From positions 960,001-992,000 of the forward strand of contig JBDHVY010000001.1 of the NCBI GenBank assembly GCA_039809905.1: a stretch of 32,000 nucleotides of DNA. Reading direction: 5' to 3'. Of this stretch, positions 9,626 to 18,820 are shown piece after piece. The stretch comes from Candidatus Babelota bacterium (GTDB taxonomy: Bacteria > Babelota > Babeliae > Babelales > Vermiphilaceae). The position numbers were made by a program, and so were the translations under genes. The notes below the pieces were generated by a model. The model had not been told where the DNA came from, did not search any database, and was given only the letters and a program-made list of their open reading frames with translations. The stretch's first letter is position 1. Every line of letters starts with the position of its first letter.

Positions 9626-10611
9626 ATTATTTCTTTATGCGTTGTGCATATCCATGGTATAGTGTTGCATTATTGATTATTCTTTTTTGTGTTATGCTTG
9701 CACGAAAATTTTTACATAAAGTTGTTGTGTATCGATACTCGTTGGGTAATGTACTCAAGAGAAAAAATATCGGTAATCATTTTCATAAAAATTTTTTTTA
9801 TTTGTTACGCTTTCTTGTCTTGTTATGGCTTGCCTTGGCTGTTGCTAAATGGCAGATTGTTGATTCGCGATCAAAAATTCCTGTTTCTGGCATAGATATT
9901 GTTTTGGTTTTGGATGTTTCAGGTAGTATGCAGTATAGAGATTATGATGATGATCAGCGTTCCCGTTTTGATGTAGCAAAATCAGAAGCAATTCGTTTTA
10001 TAGAAAAGCGTCATGCTGATGCGATTGGTCTTGTGTTGTTTGGTAAAGATACTGTTTCTCGCTGTCCAATTACTTTTGATAAACAGATGTTGCAGAATAT
10101 GGTAGACGAGTTGAAAATTGGGGTTATTGATGCTGATGGTACAATGCTTATTACAGGAATTGTTACGGCAGCAAATCGTTTAAAGCATTCTGAATCAAAG
10201 AGTAAAGTTATGATTGTTCTTACTGATGGAGAACCAAGTGAAGGTGATATGGATCCTTCAGTTGGTATTGATGTTGCAAAGAAATTGGGCATAAAAATCT
10301 ATACCGTTGGTATTGGCAGTGAGCAAGATCAAGTATTTATGCATCCGCTTTACGGAATTGTGACTAAACATAAAGTTAATAAAGATTTATTGACAAAAAT
10401 TGCACAGCAAACAGGCGGACATTACTTTTTAGCGCGCAATGCCGGAGACATGAGACGTATTTATGATACAATTGATGGATTAGAAAAAACAGAACATGAA
10501 GTTCCAATGTTTAGTTTGTATTATGATTTAATGATACCTTTTGTTGCTGTTATTATGGTGCTTTTACTTGGTGAATTATTTTTTTCAACATATGTGTGGT
10601 TTAGACTATGA
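9619..10611 (+). CDS. batA: BatA-like von Willebrand factor type A domain membrane protein
   Basis: 330 aa; DIVLVLDVSGSMQ (MIDAS DxSxS), VLTDGEPSEGD, N-terminal and C-terminal TM segments; part of the Bat-like operon. Confidence 0.85.
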   Translation: MLNYFFMRCAYPWYSVALLIILFCVMLARKFLHKVVVYRYSLGNVLKRKNIGNHFHKNFFYLLRFLVLLWLALAVAKWQIVDSRSKIPVSGIDIVLVLDVSGSMQYRDYDDDQRSRFDVAKSEAIRFIEKRHADAIGLVLFGKDTVSRCPITFDKQMLQNMVDELKIGVIDADGTMLITGIVTAANRLKHSESKSKVMIVLTDGEPSEGDMDPSVGIDVAKKLGIKIYTVGIGSEQDQVFMHPLYGIVTKHKVNKDLLTKIAQQTGGHYFLARNAGDMRRIYDTIDGLEKTEHEVPMFSLYYDLMIPFVAVIMVLLLGELFFSTYVWFRL

Positions 10612-11597
10612 ATATACATTGGGCGTCACTTAATAATATCTGGTGTTTTGTGATAGCTATTATAGTAATACTATTACTGTGTATTCGTTATCGCAAACAA
10701 CGTAAAGCACAAGAACTTTTAGTGGGAATGCATTATGAGTTTTTGCGTAATCATTCAATAAAAAAGCAATTGTTAAAAAATATTTTTTTTAGCATAGGGT
10801 TTTTATTTTTATGTGTCGCATTATTGCGTCCACAATGGAATAAATCAGAAGAAGTGGTTATGCAAGAAGGACGCGACTTATATATTGCGCTTGATATTTC
10901 TCGCAGCATGTTAGCTGCTGATTGTCAGCCAAATCGTTTATTGTTTGCAAAACAAAAAATTAAGCATCTTGTGAAACATCTTTCTTGTGAACGAGTAGGC
11001 CTTATTCTTTTTTCTGGCTCTGCGTTTGTACAATGTCCCTTGACATCTGATTATGCAGCTTTTTATTTATATCTTGATGCGGTTGATGCTGAATTAATCT
11101 CTTCAGGATCTACTGCTCTTGATCAAGCAATACGGCAAGCGTTGACGTCATTTGCATCTGTGCCTGATCGCAAAAATAAACTGCTTGTATTATTCACTGA
11201 TGGTGAAGATTTTTCGAACAATCTTGCTGATATTAAATATGAAGCAGAAGATGCACATCTTTCTATTTTTACTATTGGAGTTGGAACTCCTGAGGGAGCT
11301 CCCGTGCCACTATTTGATCAACATGGCAATAGTATGGGGCATCAAAAAGATGCGCAAGGCGGAGTGGTAATATCTCGTCTTAACGAAGGTATATTACATT
11401 CTCTTTCCGAAGGAGCTGGTGGCCGTTATATTCGTGCAACAGATAATAATAATGATGATATTTTTGATTTTATAAAAACGGTACAAGCATTTGAAAAAGA
11501 AGAACTTGGTGAACAAAAATTATCGCACTACGAAGATCAATACCATTATTTTTTGTTAGTAAGCTTTATTTGTTTTGCTATTGAGTGGTTATTATGA
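10608..11597 (+). CDS. batB: BatB-like von Willebrand factor type A domain membrane protein
   Basis: 329 aa; DLYIALDISRSMLAADCQPNR, LFTDGEDF. ATGA overlap with the upstream gene (10608-10611). Confidence 0.85.
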   Translation: MNIHWASLNNIWCFVIAIIVILLLCIRYRKQRKAQELLVGMHYEFLRNHSIKKQLLKNIFFSIGFLFLCVALLRPQWNKSEEVVMQEGRDLYIALDISRSMLAADCQPNRLLFAKQKIKHLVKHLSCERVGLILFSGSAFVQCPLTSDYAAFYLYLDAVDAELISSGSTALDQAIRQALTSFASVPDRKNKLLVLFTDGEDFSNNLADIKYEAEDAHLSIFTIGVGTPEGAPVPLFDQHGNSMGHQKDAQGGVVISRLNEGILHSLSEGAGGRYIRATDNNNDDIFDFIKTVQAFEKEELGEQKLSHYEDQYHYFLLVSFICFAIEWLL

Positions 11598-12736
11598 AAA
11601 TATTGAGCAAGAAAAGCATTGTTGTATTTGTTGCATTGCATGCAATGATGGTTACTCATCCTTTTGCGTATGATGCTGCAATTTATGCAGCGCAAAAAGG
11701 TGATATAAAGTCTGCTGATCAGCAATTACGTACTATGGTTACTCATTCTCCAGATAACGCACAAGTGTTATATGACGCAGGTGTTATTGCGGATAAATTA
11801 AATAACACTCAGCAAGCAGCTGCATATTTTTCTCGTGCAGCAGAATATGCAGGTAATGACAAAAATTTACAATTTCAGGCGTATTTTAATGCTGCTAATG
11901 CAAGCGTTGCTCATAAAGATTTAAAAAATGCTCTTACTCATTATGATAAAGCATTGGTCATAAAGCCTGAAAATGAATATGCCAGGCACAATCGTGATCG
12001 AGTTGCTCAAATGCTTAAAGAGCAAGAGAAAAATGATCAACAAAAAAAGAAAAATGATAAAAACGAACAAAAAGAAAACGATAATGAAAATAATGACCAA
12101 CAAGGACAGCAAGAAAAAGATAATACATCTGGTGATGATGGTGACCAAGAGCAACAAAATAATGATAATGGGCAACAAGAAGGTAAAGATCAGCAGCAAA
12201 AGAACAATAATAATTCATCAGATGATGGATTAAATGAAAAGTCCCAAAGTGAGCAAGGAAAAGACTCCGCACAAGATAGCAAGCGTGAAGAAGGAAAACA
12301 GCAAGGGAACAAAGAAAAGGGTGACCAGAACAGCGCTAATAATCAGGAGCGGGATAGTGAGCAAGACTTTGATAAAAAATCTGATCATGCAGATGATAAG
12401 GGAGAGAAGCAGCAGGGTAAGCAACATAAAAAAACTCCTGAAAAAGAAAACATAGCGGAAGATAATACCAGTTTATCATCTGATGATAAACAAGGGCAAG
12501 ATAAAGATAAAACGGAGCAAGGATCTGGTAACGCTTTACAGGATGGAGGTAAAGAGGAACAAAATCTTGTTGATGCCCAACAAGAAAAAGAACAGGAATT
12601 GGAAAAAAAATTAAACGATCCGTGGTTATTAAATGTTTTGAATGATCAAGAAATGCGTGATAAGGCGATGAATAAACGATTAATGGAAGCAAAAGTTCGT
12701 CAGTATGGTGGAAAAAATGGTCAGAATAATTGGTAA
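11594..12736 (+). CDS. batC: BatC-like TPR protein with a long low-complexity Q/K/N/E/D tail
   Basis: The track gives 11585 (GTG). The ATG at 11594 forms an ATGA overlap with the batB stop. Signal-like N-terminus, TPR-like repeats (FNAANASVAHKDLKNALTHYDKALVIKPENEYARHNRDRV), then ~210 aa of QQKKKNDKNEQKENDNENNDQQGQQ... Confidence 0.8.
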   Translation: MKILSKKSIVVFVALHAMMVTHPFAYDAAIYAAQKGDIKSADQQLRTMVTHSPDNAQVLYDAGVIADKLNNTQQAAAYFSRAAEYAGNDKNLQFQAYFNAANASVAHKDLKNALTHYDKALVIKPENEYARHNRDRVAQMLKEQEKNDQQKKKNDKNEQKENDNENNDQQGQQEKDNTSGDDGDQEQQNNDNGQQEGKDQQQKNNNNSSDDGLNEKSQSEQGKDSAQDSKREEGKQQGNKEKGDQNSANNQERDSEQDFDKKSDHADDKGEKQQGKQHKKTPEKENIAEDNTSLSSDDKQGQDKDKTEQGSGNALQDGGKEEQNLVDAQQEKEQELEKKLNDPWLLNVLNDQEMRDKAMNKRLMEAKVRQYGGKNGQNNW

Positions 12737-14429
12737 GATAGGATTGTTGGTTATTGGTTTTTTTGTGATGCATATAGATGCACGCATTACCATGAAAATT
12801 CGTTCTGAAAATGAAACTCATAATCAGGTAATTGTTGGTCAACCATTTACTCTAGAAGTTATTATAGATGATGTATATGGATCAGTTCAAGCTCCTATTA
12901 TCAAAGGTCTTGACGGTTGTATTTGTCAACTTGTTGGTACGTATTCAACAAGCATTAATGGAAAAGCAACTGCTCGTTATTCATATAACATACGAATTGA
13001 TAAACTAGGAACTTATATTATTGGTCCTGCGATAGTGCGCCATCAACAACAAGAACTTATTTCTAATCAACTACAAGTTTCGGTAGTAAAAGATCTTGGT
13101 GTTGTTGCACAAAAAAATAAGGCCAATGCTGCTGATAGCTCACGAGCATTTTTGCGATTGGTTCTTGATACAGAAGCGGCAGTTGTAGGACAAAAAATAA
13201 GTTGTGCTTTGCGTTTTTATTTTCAAGATTCATCTTTGTCTTTACAATCTATTGGTGTTCCTGAATTATCTCATTTTGATGTAAAAGAAATAAGCAAATC
13301 ACAATCAGGAATAGCTGAAATTGATGGTGAGCAGTATCATTATGGACAATGGCAATGGGATATGTATCCTACAAAGCAAGGAGAATTGATTATTCCTGCT
13401 TATAGCGCTGATTACGAAATACCAAACAAGGAAAACAACCATATGCTAGGTGGTTTTTTTATGTTCATTGGTAATCGTGTTGAGCACAAGAGAGTATATT
13501 CCAATGCAGCAAGCATAAAAGTCTCACCTTTGCCCCAATATAATGGTCAAGTAGATGCAGTAGGTTCTTTTGAACGTTTTTCCGCTGATATAAAACCTGG
13601 TATTGCAAAAGAAGGGGAAGGGATGGTGCTTACTCTTGAAATAGAAGGCAATGGAAACTTGCAAGCAATAGCAGTGCCAAAATTAAAAATGCCTGATGTA
13701 TTAAAATATTATGATTCTAAAAATGAAGTAATTTCCCCGCAATATGATGACGAATTACCTAAAAAGAGATTTGAGTTTATTGTGCAAGGAATGAAGGCAG
13801 GAACATATGAAATTCCAGAACAACTTTTTACGTATTTTGATACTGAAAAAAATATGTACGTGACACTTGTTACTTGTCCTCTTGCTGTATCGATTATGCC
13901 CGGAATGATTAATTCAAAAAAAATTGAATCGTACACCAATGAAGATCCTACAATACTACCTATGCCTGATAATAGCGATATTTCTGATATCAATAACGTG
14001 GGTGTTTGGTATCCTGTTTCAGAGCGAGAACCATTGCAATGGTGGTTGTTTCAGATATTGTTTATGCTTCCTTTTTTGTATGTTGGATATCCAATTATTT
14101 TCGAACGTTTTGTTGTATTAACTGGTAATTCGGCTCGATTTATTCGCAGGCGCGCATTTAAACAAGCGCGTAAAAAAATAAAACATAGTATGCAATATAA
14201 TCAAAAACAAGCATTGTATTCTATTTTTGTAGAATTGTTTCAAACAACAGATATCCATTCGATTGAAACTATTTTTCAAAAAAAAGGATTATTGGATCTT
14301 TTAAATGAATGGAATGATTTTTTTGAGCGTATTAGGTATGTTGCATATGCGCAATCAGATAACAATAATACTGATGAATTATGTGGGATGGCACAGCAAT
14401 GGTTAGATCGTTTAGAAAAAATTATATAA
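12705..14429 (+). CDS. batD: BatD-like oxygen-tolerance protein, exported and membrane anchored
   Basis: 574 aa; signal-like N-terminus, beta-rich domain (VIVGQPFTLEVIIDD, GEGMVLTLEIEGNGNLQAIAVPKLKMPDVLKYYDSKNEV), TM near the C-terminal third, position in the operon. A start at 12717 is also plausible. Confidence 0.8.
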   Translation: MVEKMVRIIGKIGLLVIGFFVMHIDARITMKIRSENETHNQVIVGQPFTLEVIIDDVYGSVQAPIIKGLDGCICQLVGTYSTSINGKATARYSYNIRIDKLGTYIIGPAIVRHQQQELISNQLQVSVVKDLGVVAQKNKANAADSSRAFLRLVLDTEAAVVGQKISCALRFYFQDSSLSLQSIGVPELSHFDVKEISKSQSGIAEIDGEQYHYGQWQWDMYPTKQGELIIPAYSADYEIPNKENNHMLGGFFMFIGNRVEHKRVYSNAASIKVSPLPQYNGQVDAVGSFERFSADIKPGIAKEGEGMVLTLEIEGNGNLQAIAVPKLKMPDVLKYYDSKNEVISPQYDDELPKKRFEFIVQGMKAGTYEIPEQLFTYFDTEKNMYVTLVTCPLAVSIMPGMINSKKIESYTNEDPTILPMPDNSDISDINNVGVWYPVSEREPLQWWLFQILFMLPFLYVGYPIIFERFVVLTGNSARFIRRRAFKQARKKIKHSMQYNQKQALYSIFVELFQTTDIHSIETIFQKKGLLDLLNEWNDFFERIRYVAYAQSDNNNTDELCGMAQQWLDRLEKII

Positions 14430-15142
14430 TACTTTTTCTTTATCTCTATGGTATACCAGTACTTGGTGCAGGTTATAATAATGAAGAACATTTTTTACGT
14501 GGTAATGCATATTATAAAGAAAAAAAATATGATAAAGCATTCGCTGAATATGATATAATAAGTAAAAAAGGACGTGCTATTTTATTTAATATGGGTAATT
14601 GTTTGTTTTATATGAATGATTATCCTCGTGCGCTTGTCTATTGGTCACGCGCAGAGATTGGAGCAACACCGAGAGAATACGCCATTATTTTGCGTAATAA
14701 AGAAATTGCCTTTAAAAAATTAGGAATATCGAAAAAAAAGGATTGGCGACAAAATTGTGCTGAATGTGCGCAATCATATGTGCCATTTGTTTCGTTATTT
14801 CTTTTGCAAATTTTATTTCTTTTATGTTTGTGGGTATGTATTTTTTTAATGCAGGGAAAACAAACGAGATCAAAGAAAATAATTCAATGGTTTTTATACT
14901 TTTTTCTTGCGGTGTGTGCTGTAATATTATCAGTTCGTTATGTGTATGATAATAATCAGCGAGCTATTGTTATAAAAAAAGAAGGAAAGCTTCTGGCGGG
15001 TCCGGACAAGAATTTTCAGGTAGTTGCTCTGGTTCCATATGCTGATGAAGTAAAAATCAAGGAATCAAGAGAAGGGTGGTATAAAATCCAATATGCTGAT
15101 ATGATTGGCTGGGTTGAGACAGATATCATTCACATTATTTAA
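14399..15142 (+). CDS. batE: BatE-like protein with TPR, TM segments and a C-terminal SH3-like domain
   Basis: The track gives 14381; ATG 14399 (MVRSFRKNYIILFLYLYG) is the likelier start. TPR (EEHFLRGNAYYKEKKYDKAFAEYD...ILFNMGNCLFYMNDYPRALVYWSRA) and SH3-type C-terminus (VPYADEVKIKESREGWYKIQYADMIGWVETD). Confidence 0.8.
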   Translation: MVRSFRKNYIILFLYLYGIPVLGAGYNNEEHFLRGNAYYKEKKYDKAFAEYDIISKKGRAILFNMGNCLFYMNDYPRALVYWSRAEIGATPREYAIILRNKEIAFKKLGISKKKDWRQNCAECAQSYVPFVSLFLLQILFLLCLWVCIFLMQGKQTRSKKIIQWFLYFFLAVCAVILSVRYVYDNNQRAIVIKKEGKLLAGPDKNFQVVALVPYADEVKIKESREGWYKIQYADMIGWVETDIIHII

Positions 15143-15160
15143 ATAGGTAAGACTCTTAAT

Positions 15161-15196
15161 GGGGGTTCCCATGTGGAATATAATAAAACATGGGGT
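15161..15196. repeat. Dispersed short palindromic element (opposite orientation to the 6.6 kb copies)
   Basis: gggggttcccatgtggaatataataaaacatggggt; inverted repeat cccatgt (15168-15174) / acatggg (15188-15194). Confidence 0.55.
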
Positions 15197-15208
15197 TGTG
15201 GTATATAT

Positions 15209-16234
15209 ATGGTTGATAATCGCTTTCCTGTTGCTTATTCCGTATTATTAGCTTTTTTTTCAAGTATCATGGTTGTTCTCATGATACTTCTTTTCGTTGA
15301 GTATCGTTTTTTTTGTCGTCATGTTAATGAATTATCAGTACTCAAACAACAATATAGTTATTGCATTGATTTGTTACAGAAAAGAACGAATAATAGCACG
15401 TTAGACGTTGTACAGAATTTTGAAGAAAATGAGATGCTTAGTGCTGATGATACCGGAGAAGAAATGAGTGAAGAATCAGCAATAATTATGCATGATATTG
15501 CTGCTGCTGAGATTAGTGATGCTCCTGATAATGATGATGAATATGCGGATGATTCGTTTGTGGTTATTAATAGACATCCCGATTATCTCAAACAATCAAC
15601 TCTTGATTACATGCAATCACAAGAATTAAATGCGTTAATGACAGCTATTGATATTGATCGTTGGTCTGATTATACCGAATCATTTGATACTCATGCACCT
15701 AAAACATCAGAGATTAATAAAGTAGCAACCAAGAAAGAATCAAATGTACTTGTTGGTAAAGCTATTGGGCAACAAAAAGAAGTAAAAAAGATTTCTGGAG
15801 TTCGACGTGCAGTTAAAGAATGTGGATTCATTTGGCCAATAGATATGAATAAATTTTGGTTAAGTTCACTATTTGGTCCACGTAAACGTATTGATGGTAC
15901 GTGGGGATTCCATCATGGAATTGACATGGCTGCCGTAAAAGGAACAATAGTAAAAGCTGTGCGTTCAGGAACAGTGGTGGAGGCATCATTTCAGGCTGGC
16001 TATGGTAACACGGTTGTTATAAAACATACAGATGCAATAAAAACTCGATATGCACATTTGCATGCAATTCGTGTAAATGTGGGGCAAAAAATTAAACAGG
16101 CGGCAATAGTAGGTACTGTTGGAGAAACGGGGTTTATTAGAAAAAAAGGAAAAGATGGTTCGCACCTTCATTTTGAAGTATATGAATATGGTAAGCGAAT
16201 TAATCCACTGAATTGTTTACCACGAATGACTTAG
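15209..16234 (+). CDS. Membrane-anchored M23 (LytM-type) metallopeptidase
   Basis: The track start 15173 is a GTG inside the palindromic element; ATG 15209 (MVDNRFPVAYSVLLAFFSSIMVVLMILLF) is likelier. Catalytic-domain motifs FGPRKRIDGTWGFHHGIDMAA and HLHFEVYEYGKRINP. Confidence 0.92.
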   Translation: MVDNRFPVAYSVLLAFFSSIMVVLMILLFVEYRFFCRHVNELSVLKQQYSYCIDLLQKRTNNSTLDVVQNFEENEMLSADDTGEEMSEESAIIMHDIAAAEISDAPDNDDEYADDSFVVINRHPDYLKQSTLDYMQSQELNALMTAIDIDRWSDYTESFDTHAPKTSEINKVATKKESNVLVGKAIGQQKEVKKISGVRRAVKECGFIWPIDMNKFWLSSLFGPRKRIDGTWGFHHGIDMAAVKGTIVKAVRSGTVVEASFQAGYGNTVVIKHTDAIKTRYAHLHAIRVNVGQKIKQAAIVGTVGETGFIRKKGKDGSHLHFEVYEYGKRINPLNCLPRMT

Positions 16235-16270
16235 AAGATAAATTGGGGTTATAATTAATAAGGATTAGCG

Positions 16271-17245
16271 ATGGCTCAACATAAAACAAAAAAACAGCAA
16301 ACATGGCGAGAAAGTATTATAGAATTTGGTTCTCTTTTAATTATTGTTTTTTTAATTCGTACTTTTGGATTTGGATTGTATCAAGTTCCAACAGGATCAA
16401 TGGAAACAACAATGCTTGTAGGAGAGCGTTTTTTTGCCGATAAATTTTCATATAATTTTAGACAACCTCGACGTGGCGAAATTATAGCGTTTAATGATCC
16501 AAATTTTAAATATTCAACCAATCCCCTTATAAAATTATTTCAGCGGTACGTGTGGGGGCCATCTAACTGGACAAAACGTGTCATTGGTGTACCTGGCGAT
16601 GTTATTCGTGGTGTTATCGAAGATGGTAAACCAGTTGTGTATCGCAATGGTGAAAAAATAGAAGAATCTTACATTAATGCTTATCCATTGATTCATGTAT
16701 ATAAAGACAATCCTGCTGATATTAAAGACAAAATAGAAAGTGAAGTTCAAAAGATTTCCCGCGGTTATAGAGTTAATCAAGCTGAAGTCGATCGTTATGT
16801 TGCTCAGCGCTTAGATCAAGAATCAACATGGCGTTCATATGATTCAAGTAAAGCATATGATCAACAGCCATTCTATGATTTATCTGAGGATCGAATAGTC
16901 AAAGATAAAGATGGGGTATATGAGCAACGTATTCCTGGTACACCATTGCTATCACGAAATGGAAAAACATCGCCAAATGAAACGATGAATAATTGGAATG
17001 ATTCAGATGTTTTTTATGTTAAGCTTGGTGCCGATGAATATTGGTGTATGGGTGATAATAGATTAGGTAGTTACGATTGTCGTTTTTTTGGACCAATTAA
17101 AGAACAAGAAATTCACGGCAGAATTATATTCCGTATTTGGTCTGTTGATAGTGATGAATCATGGTGGATTGTTGATTTAATAAAACATCCGATTAATTTC
17201 TGGCAACGAGTTCGTTGGAACAGGTTCTTCCAAATAATGAGTTAA
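16271..17245 (+). CDS. lepB: Signal peptidase I
   Basis: 324 aa; N-terminal TM; VPTGSMETTMLVGE (Ser box), KRVIGVPGDVI (Lys box), CMGDNRLGSYDCRFFGP. Confidence 0.95.
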   Translation: MAQHKTKKQQTWRESIIEFGSLLIIVFLIRTFGFGLYQVPTGSMETTMLVGERFFADKFSYNFRQPRRGEIIAFNDPNFKYSTNPLIKLFQRYVWGPSNWTKRVIGVPGDVIRGVIEDGKPVVYRNGEKIEESYINAYPLIHVYKDNPADIKDKIESEVQKISRGYRVNQAEVDRYVAQRLDQESTWRSYDSSKAYDQQPFYDLSEDRIVKDKDGVYEQRIPGTPLLSRNGKTSPNETMNNWNDSDVFYVKLGADEYWCMGDNRLGSYDCRFFGPIKEQEIHGRIIFRIWSVDSDESWWIVDLIKHPINFWQRVRWNRFFQIMS

Positions 17246-17260
17246 ATAATAAGGGAAGAA

Positions 17261-17734
17261 ATGTTTCGGGTTATGGCAGTTTTTTATCTCTTTATGAGTT
17301 CTTTTGGACAAGGGATGAGTAAAACTTTGTGTGATGACAAAGCAATATTTTCTATGTGGGTACTTTCACAAAAGCAAGAGTTAATCAAAGAAGTAAAGAA
17401 TGAGATTATTCAACGTTACATTGAAACAAAAAGGTTGCAATGCAGATTTGTCCGGAACAGAATCATACAAGGAATAGATATTACTGTTGAGGATTTAATT
17501 TTATTGCCAGACAATTACATTAAGGGATTCTATCAACTCAATGGATTGTGCCTTAGTTATTCAAGATATGGGCATTTGGATTATTGCTCAAAGGAAGATT
17601 ATGAGCTAGTTTGTAATTTGCCAAAATGCCTTAAGGATAAATTTAAGATTTTTTTTTGCGAAAACAATCATGACCTAGTGAGGAGAGTTTTTGTAATAGG
17701 AGATGGAATTAAAGAGATTTTTTCCGAGGATTAG
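17261..17734 (+). CDS. Hypothetical exported protein
   Basis: 157 aa with hydrophobic N-terminus (MFRVMAVFYLFMSSFGQGM). Confidence 0.65.
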   Translation: MFRVMAVFYLFMSSFGQGMSKTLCDDKAIFSMWVLSQKQELIKEVKNEIIQRYIETKRLQCRFVRNRIIQGIDITVEDLILLPDNYIKGFYQLNGLCLSYSRYGHLDYCSKEDYELVCNLPKCLKDKFKIFFCENNHDLVRRVFVIGDGIKEIFSED

Positions 17735-17740
17735 AAGCTA

Positions 17741-18268
17741 ATGGTAATTAATTTTTACATCAATATTTTTTTTCTGAACCTATTTTTCATCGCTCCAGTC
17801 ATGAGTATGGATAATTATCGTGATCCAGATCATGATATCTTATTTCTCTGGCGCATACTTTCGCAAGGTAATTTTGTAGTAAGCTTGCCTGTGGAATTAC
17901 GTAAAACAATATGGGAATATGCTGTTAAAGATCATATGTTGTTATGCTCTTCATTAATGCGTGAAACAGTTTTTCTCGGTTTACCATTAGTTGATTTAAT
18001 GCGTTACAATCGAAAAACATTACATGGTATACGTACAATTGATGCTGGCTGTGCAAGTAAAGTATACGATGTAACTTATAAGCTAGGAAGAACTACGTGC
18101 TGGGTTTCACAAGAAGAATATGAAAATGCGCGTAGTGTGCCGGCAAATATAAAAATAATTTTTTCAAAAAAAGAGCCAATTCGTAAGGTTTGTACTTTTG
18201 AGAGAATACCTTTTTCAATTGGTACAGAAGGTACTGTTGGTAGAAAAGTGGTTTTATTACTGCGCTGA
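17741..18268 (+). CDS. Hypothetical exported protein with weak F-box-like motif
   Basis: 175 aa, signal-like N-terminus (MVINFYINIFFLNLFFIAPVMSM), SLPVELRKTIWEYAVKDHMLLC segment. Confidence 0.65.
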   Translation: MVINFYINIFFLNLFFIAPVMSMDNYRDPDHDILFLWRILSQGNFVVSLPVELRKTIWEYAVKDHMLLCSSLMRETVFLGLPLVDLMRYNRKTLHGIRTIDAGCASKVYDVTYKLGRTTCWVSQEEYENARSVPANIKIIFSKKEPIRKVCTFERIPFSIGTEGTVGRKVVLLLR

Positions 18269-18381
18269 ATACGATTTGCTTTCATCTGTTCAGGATATTG
18301 CACAAAAAAGCTTGCAGAATACGTATTTTATGCTACATTTAAAATGTTTTAGGAATATATTCTATTGAAATACTTGTACAT

Positions 18382-18455
<74 letters not shown>

Positions 18456-18466
18456 AAAAATGTGTT

Positions 18467-18553
18467 GCCGGGATGGCGGAATAGGTAGACGCAAGGGACT
18501 TAAAATCCCTCGAGTGTAAACTCGTGCCGGTTCGAGTCCGGCTCTCGGCACCA
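18467..18553 (+). tRNA. tRNA-Leu (anticodon TAA), CCA encoded
   Basis: gccggga acceptor pairs with tctcggc; anticodon stem gggac-ttaaaat-ccc; long variable arm ctcgagtgtaaactcgt; T-loop ggttcgagtcc; 3' acca. Confidence 0.97.
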
Positions 18554-18820
18554 AACTTTTAGCCCATTTTTGATTAATGAAGATGGGAAATCCAAGATAG
18601 ATAAGATAAAGCAGATCTCATTCGCAATGCAATAAAGAATGAGATTCAAAAAAAAAGAGTTTTTAGTAATAAAGCCATGTTTATTAATCGCTTCCAGAGC
18701 GATTGGGAAAATAATCAGTAATAAATTACTTGACAACATATGTTCCTATGGCTAGTTTACAGATAGTATCGTTTTGTTCTGTTTGCTTTGCCATAGGTTA
18801 ATAAGTATAAGGATCTTAAT

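Noticed and set aside
9619-11597. VWA proteins as part of an anti-phage (for example ternary VWA/MoxR) system
   Set aside because: Gene order and partner domains (TPR, BatD-like, TPR+SH3) fit the Bat locus better, and there is no adjacent MoxR, nuclease or phosphatase gene.
12018-12640. Possible tandem or CRISPR-like repeat array in the purine-rich region
   Set aside because: The repeated words are short and irregular and follow Gln/Lys/Asn/Asp codons in the batC frame; there are no fixed-length repeats or spacers.
11921-12842. ORFs 11921..12199, 11973..12233, 12015..12272, 12230..12427, 12234..12455 and 12336..12842 around batC
   Set aside because: They are out-of-frame or antisense readings of the purine-rich low-complexity tail; compositional artefacts with no domain signal.
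18500-18739. Minus-strand ORF 18500..18739 downstream of the tRNAs
   Set aside because: It overlaps tRNA-Leu on the opposite strand (CREPDSNRHEFTLEGF is the translated antisense tRNA) and has no other support.
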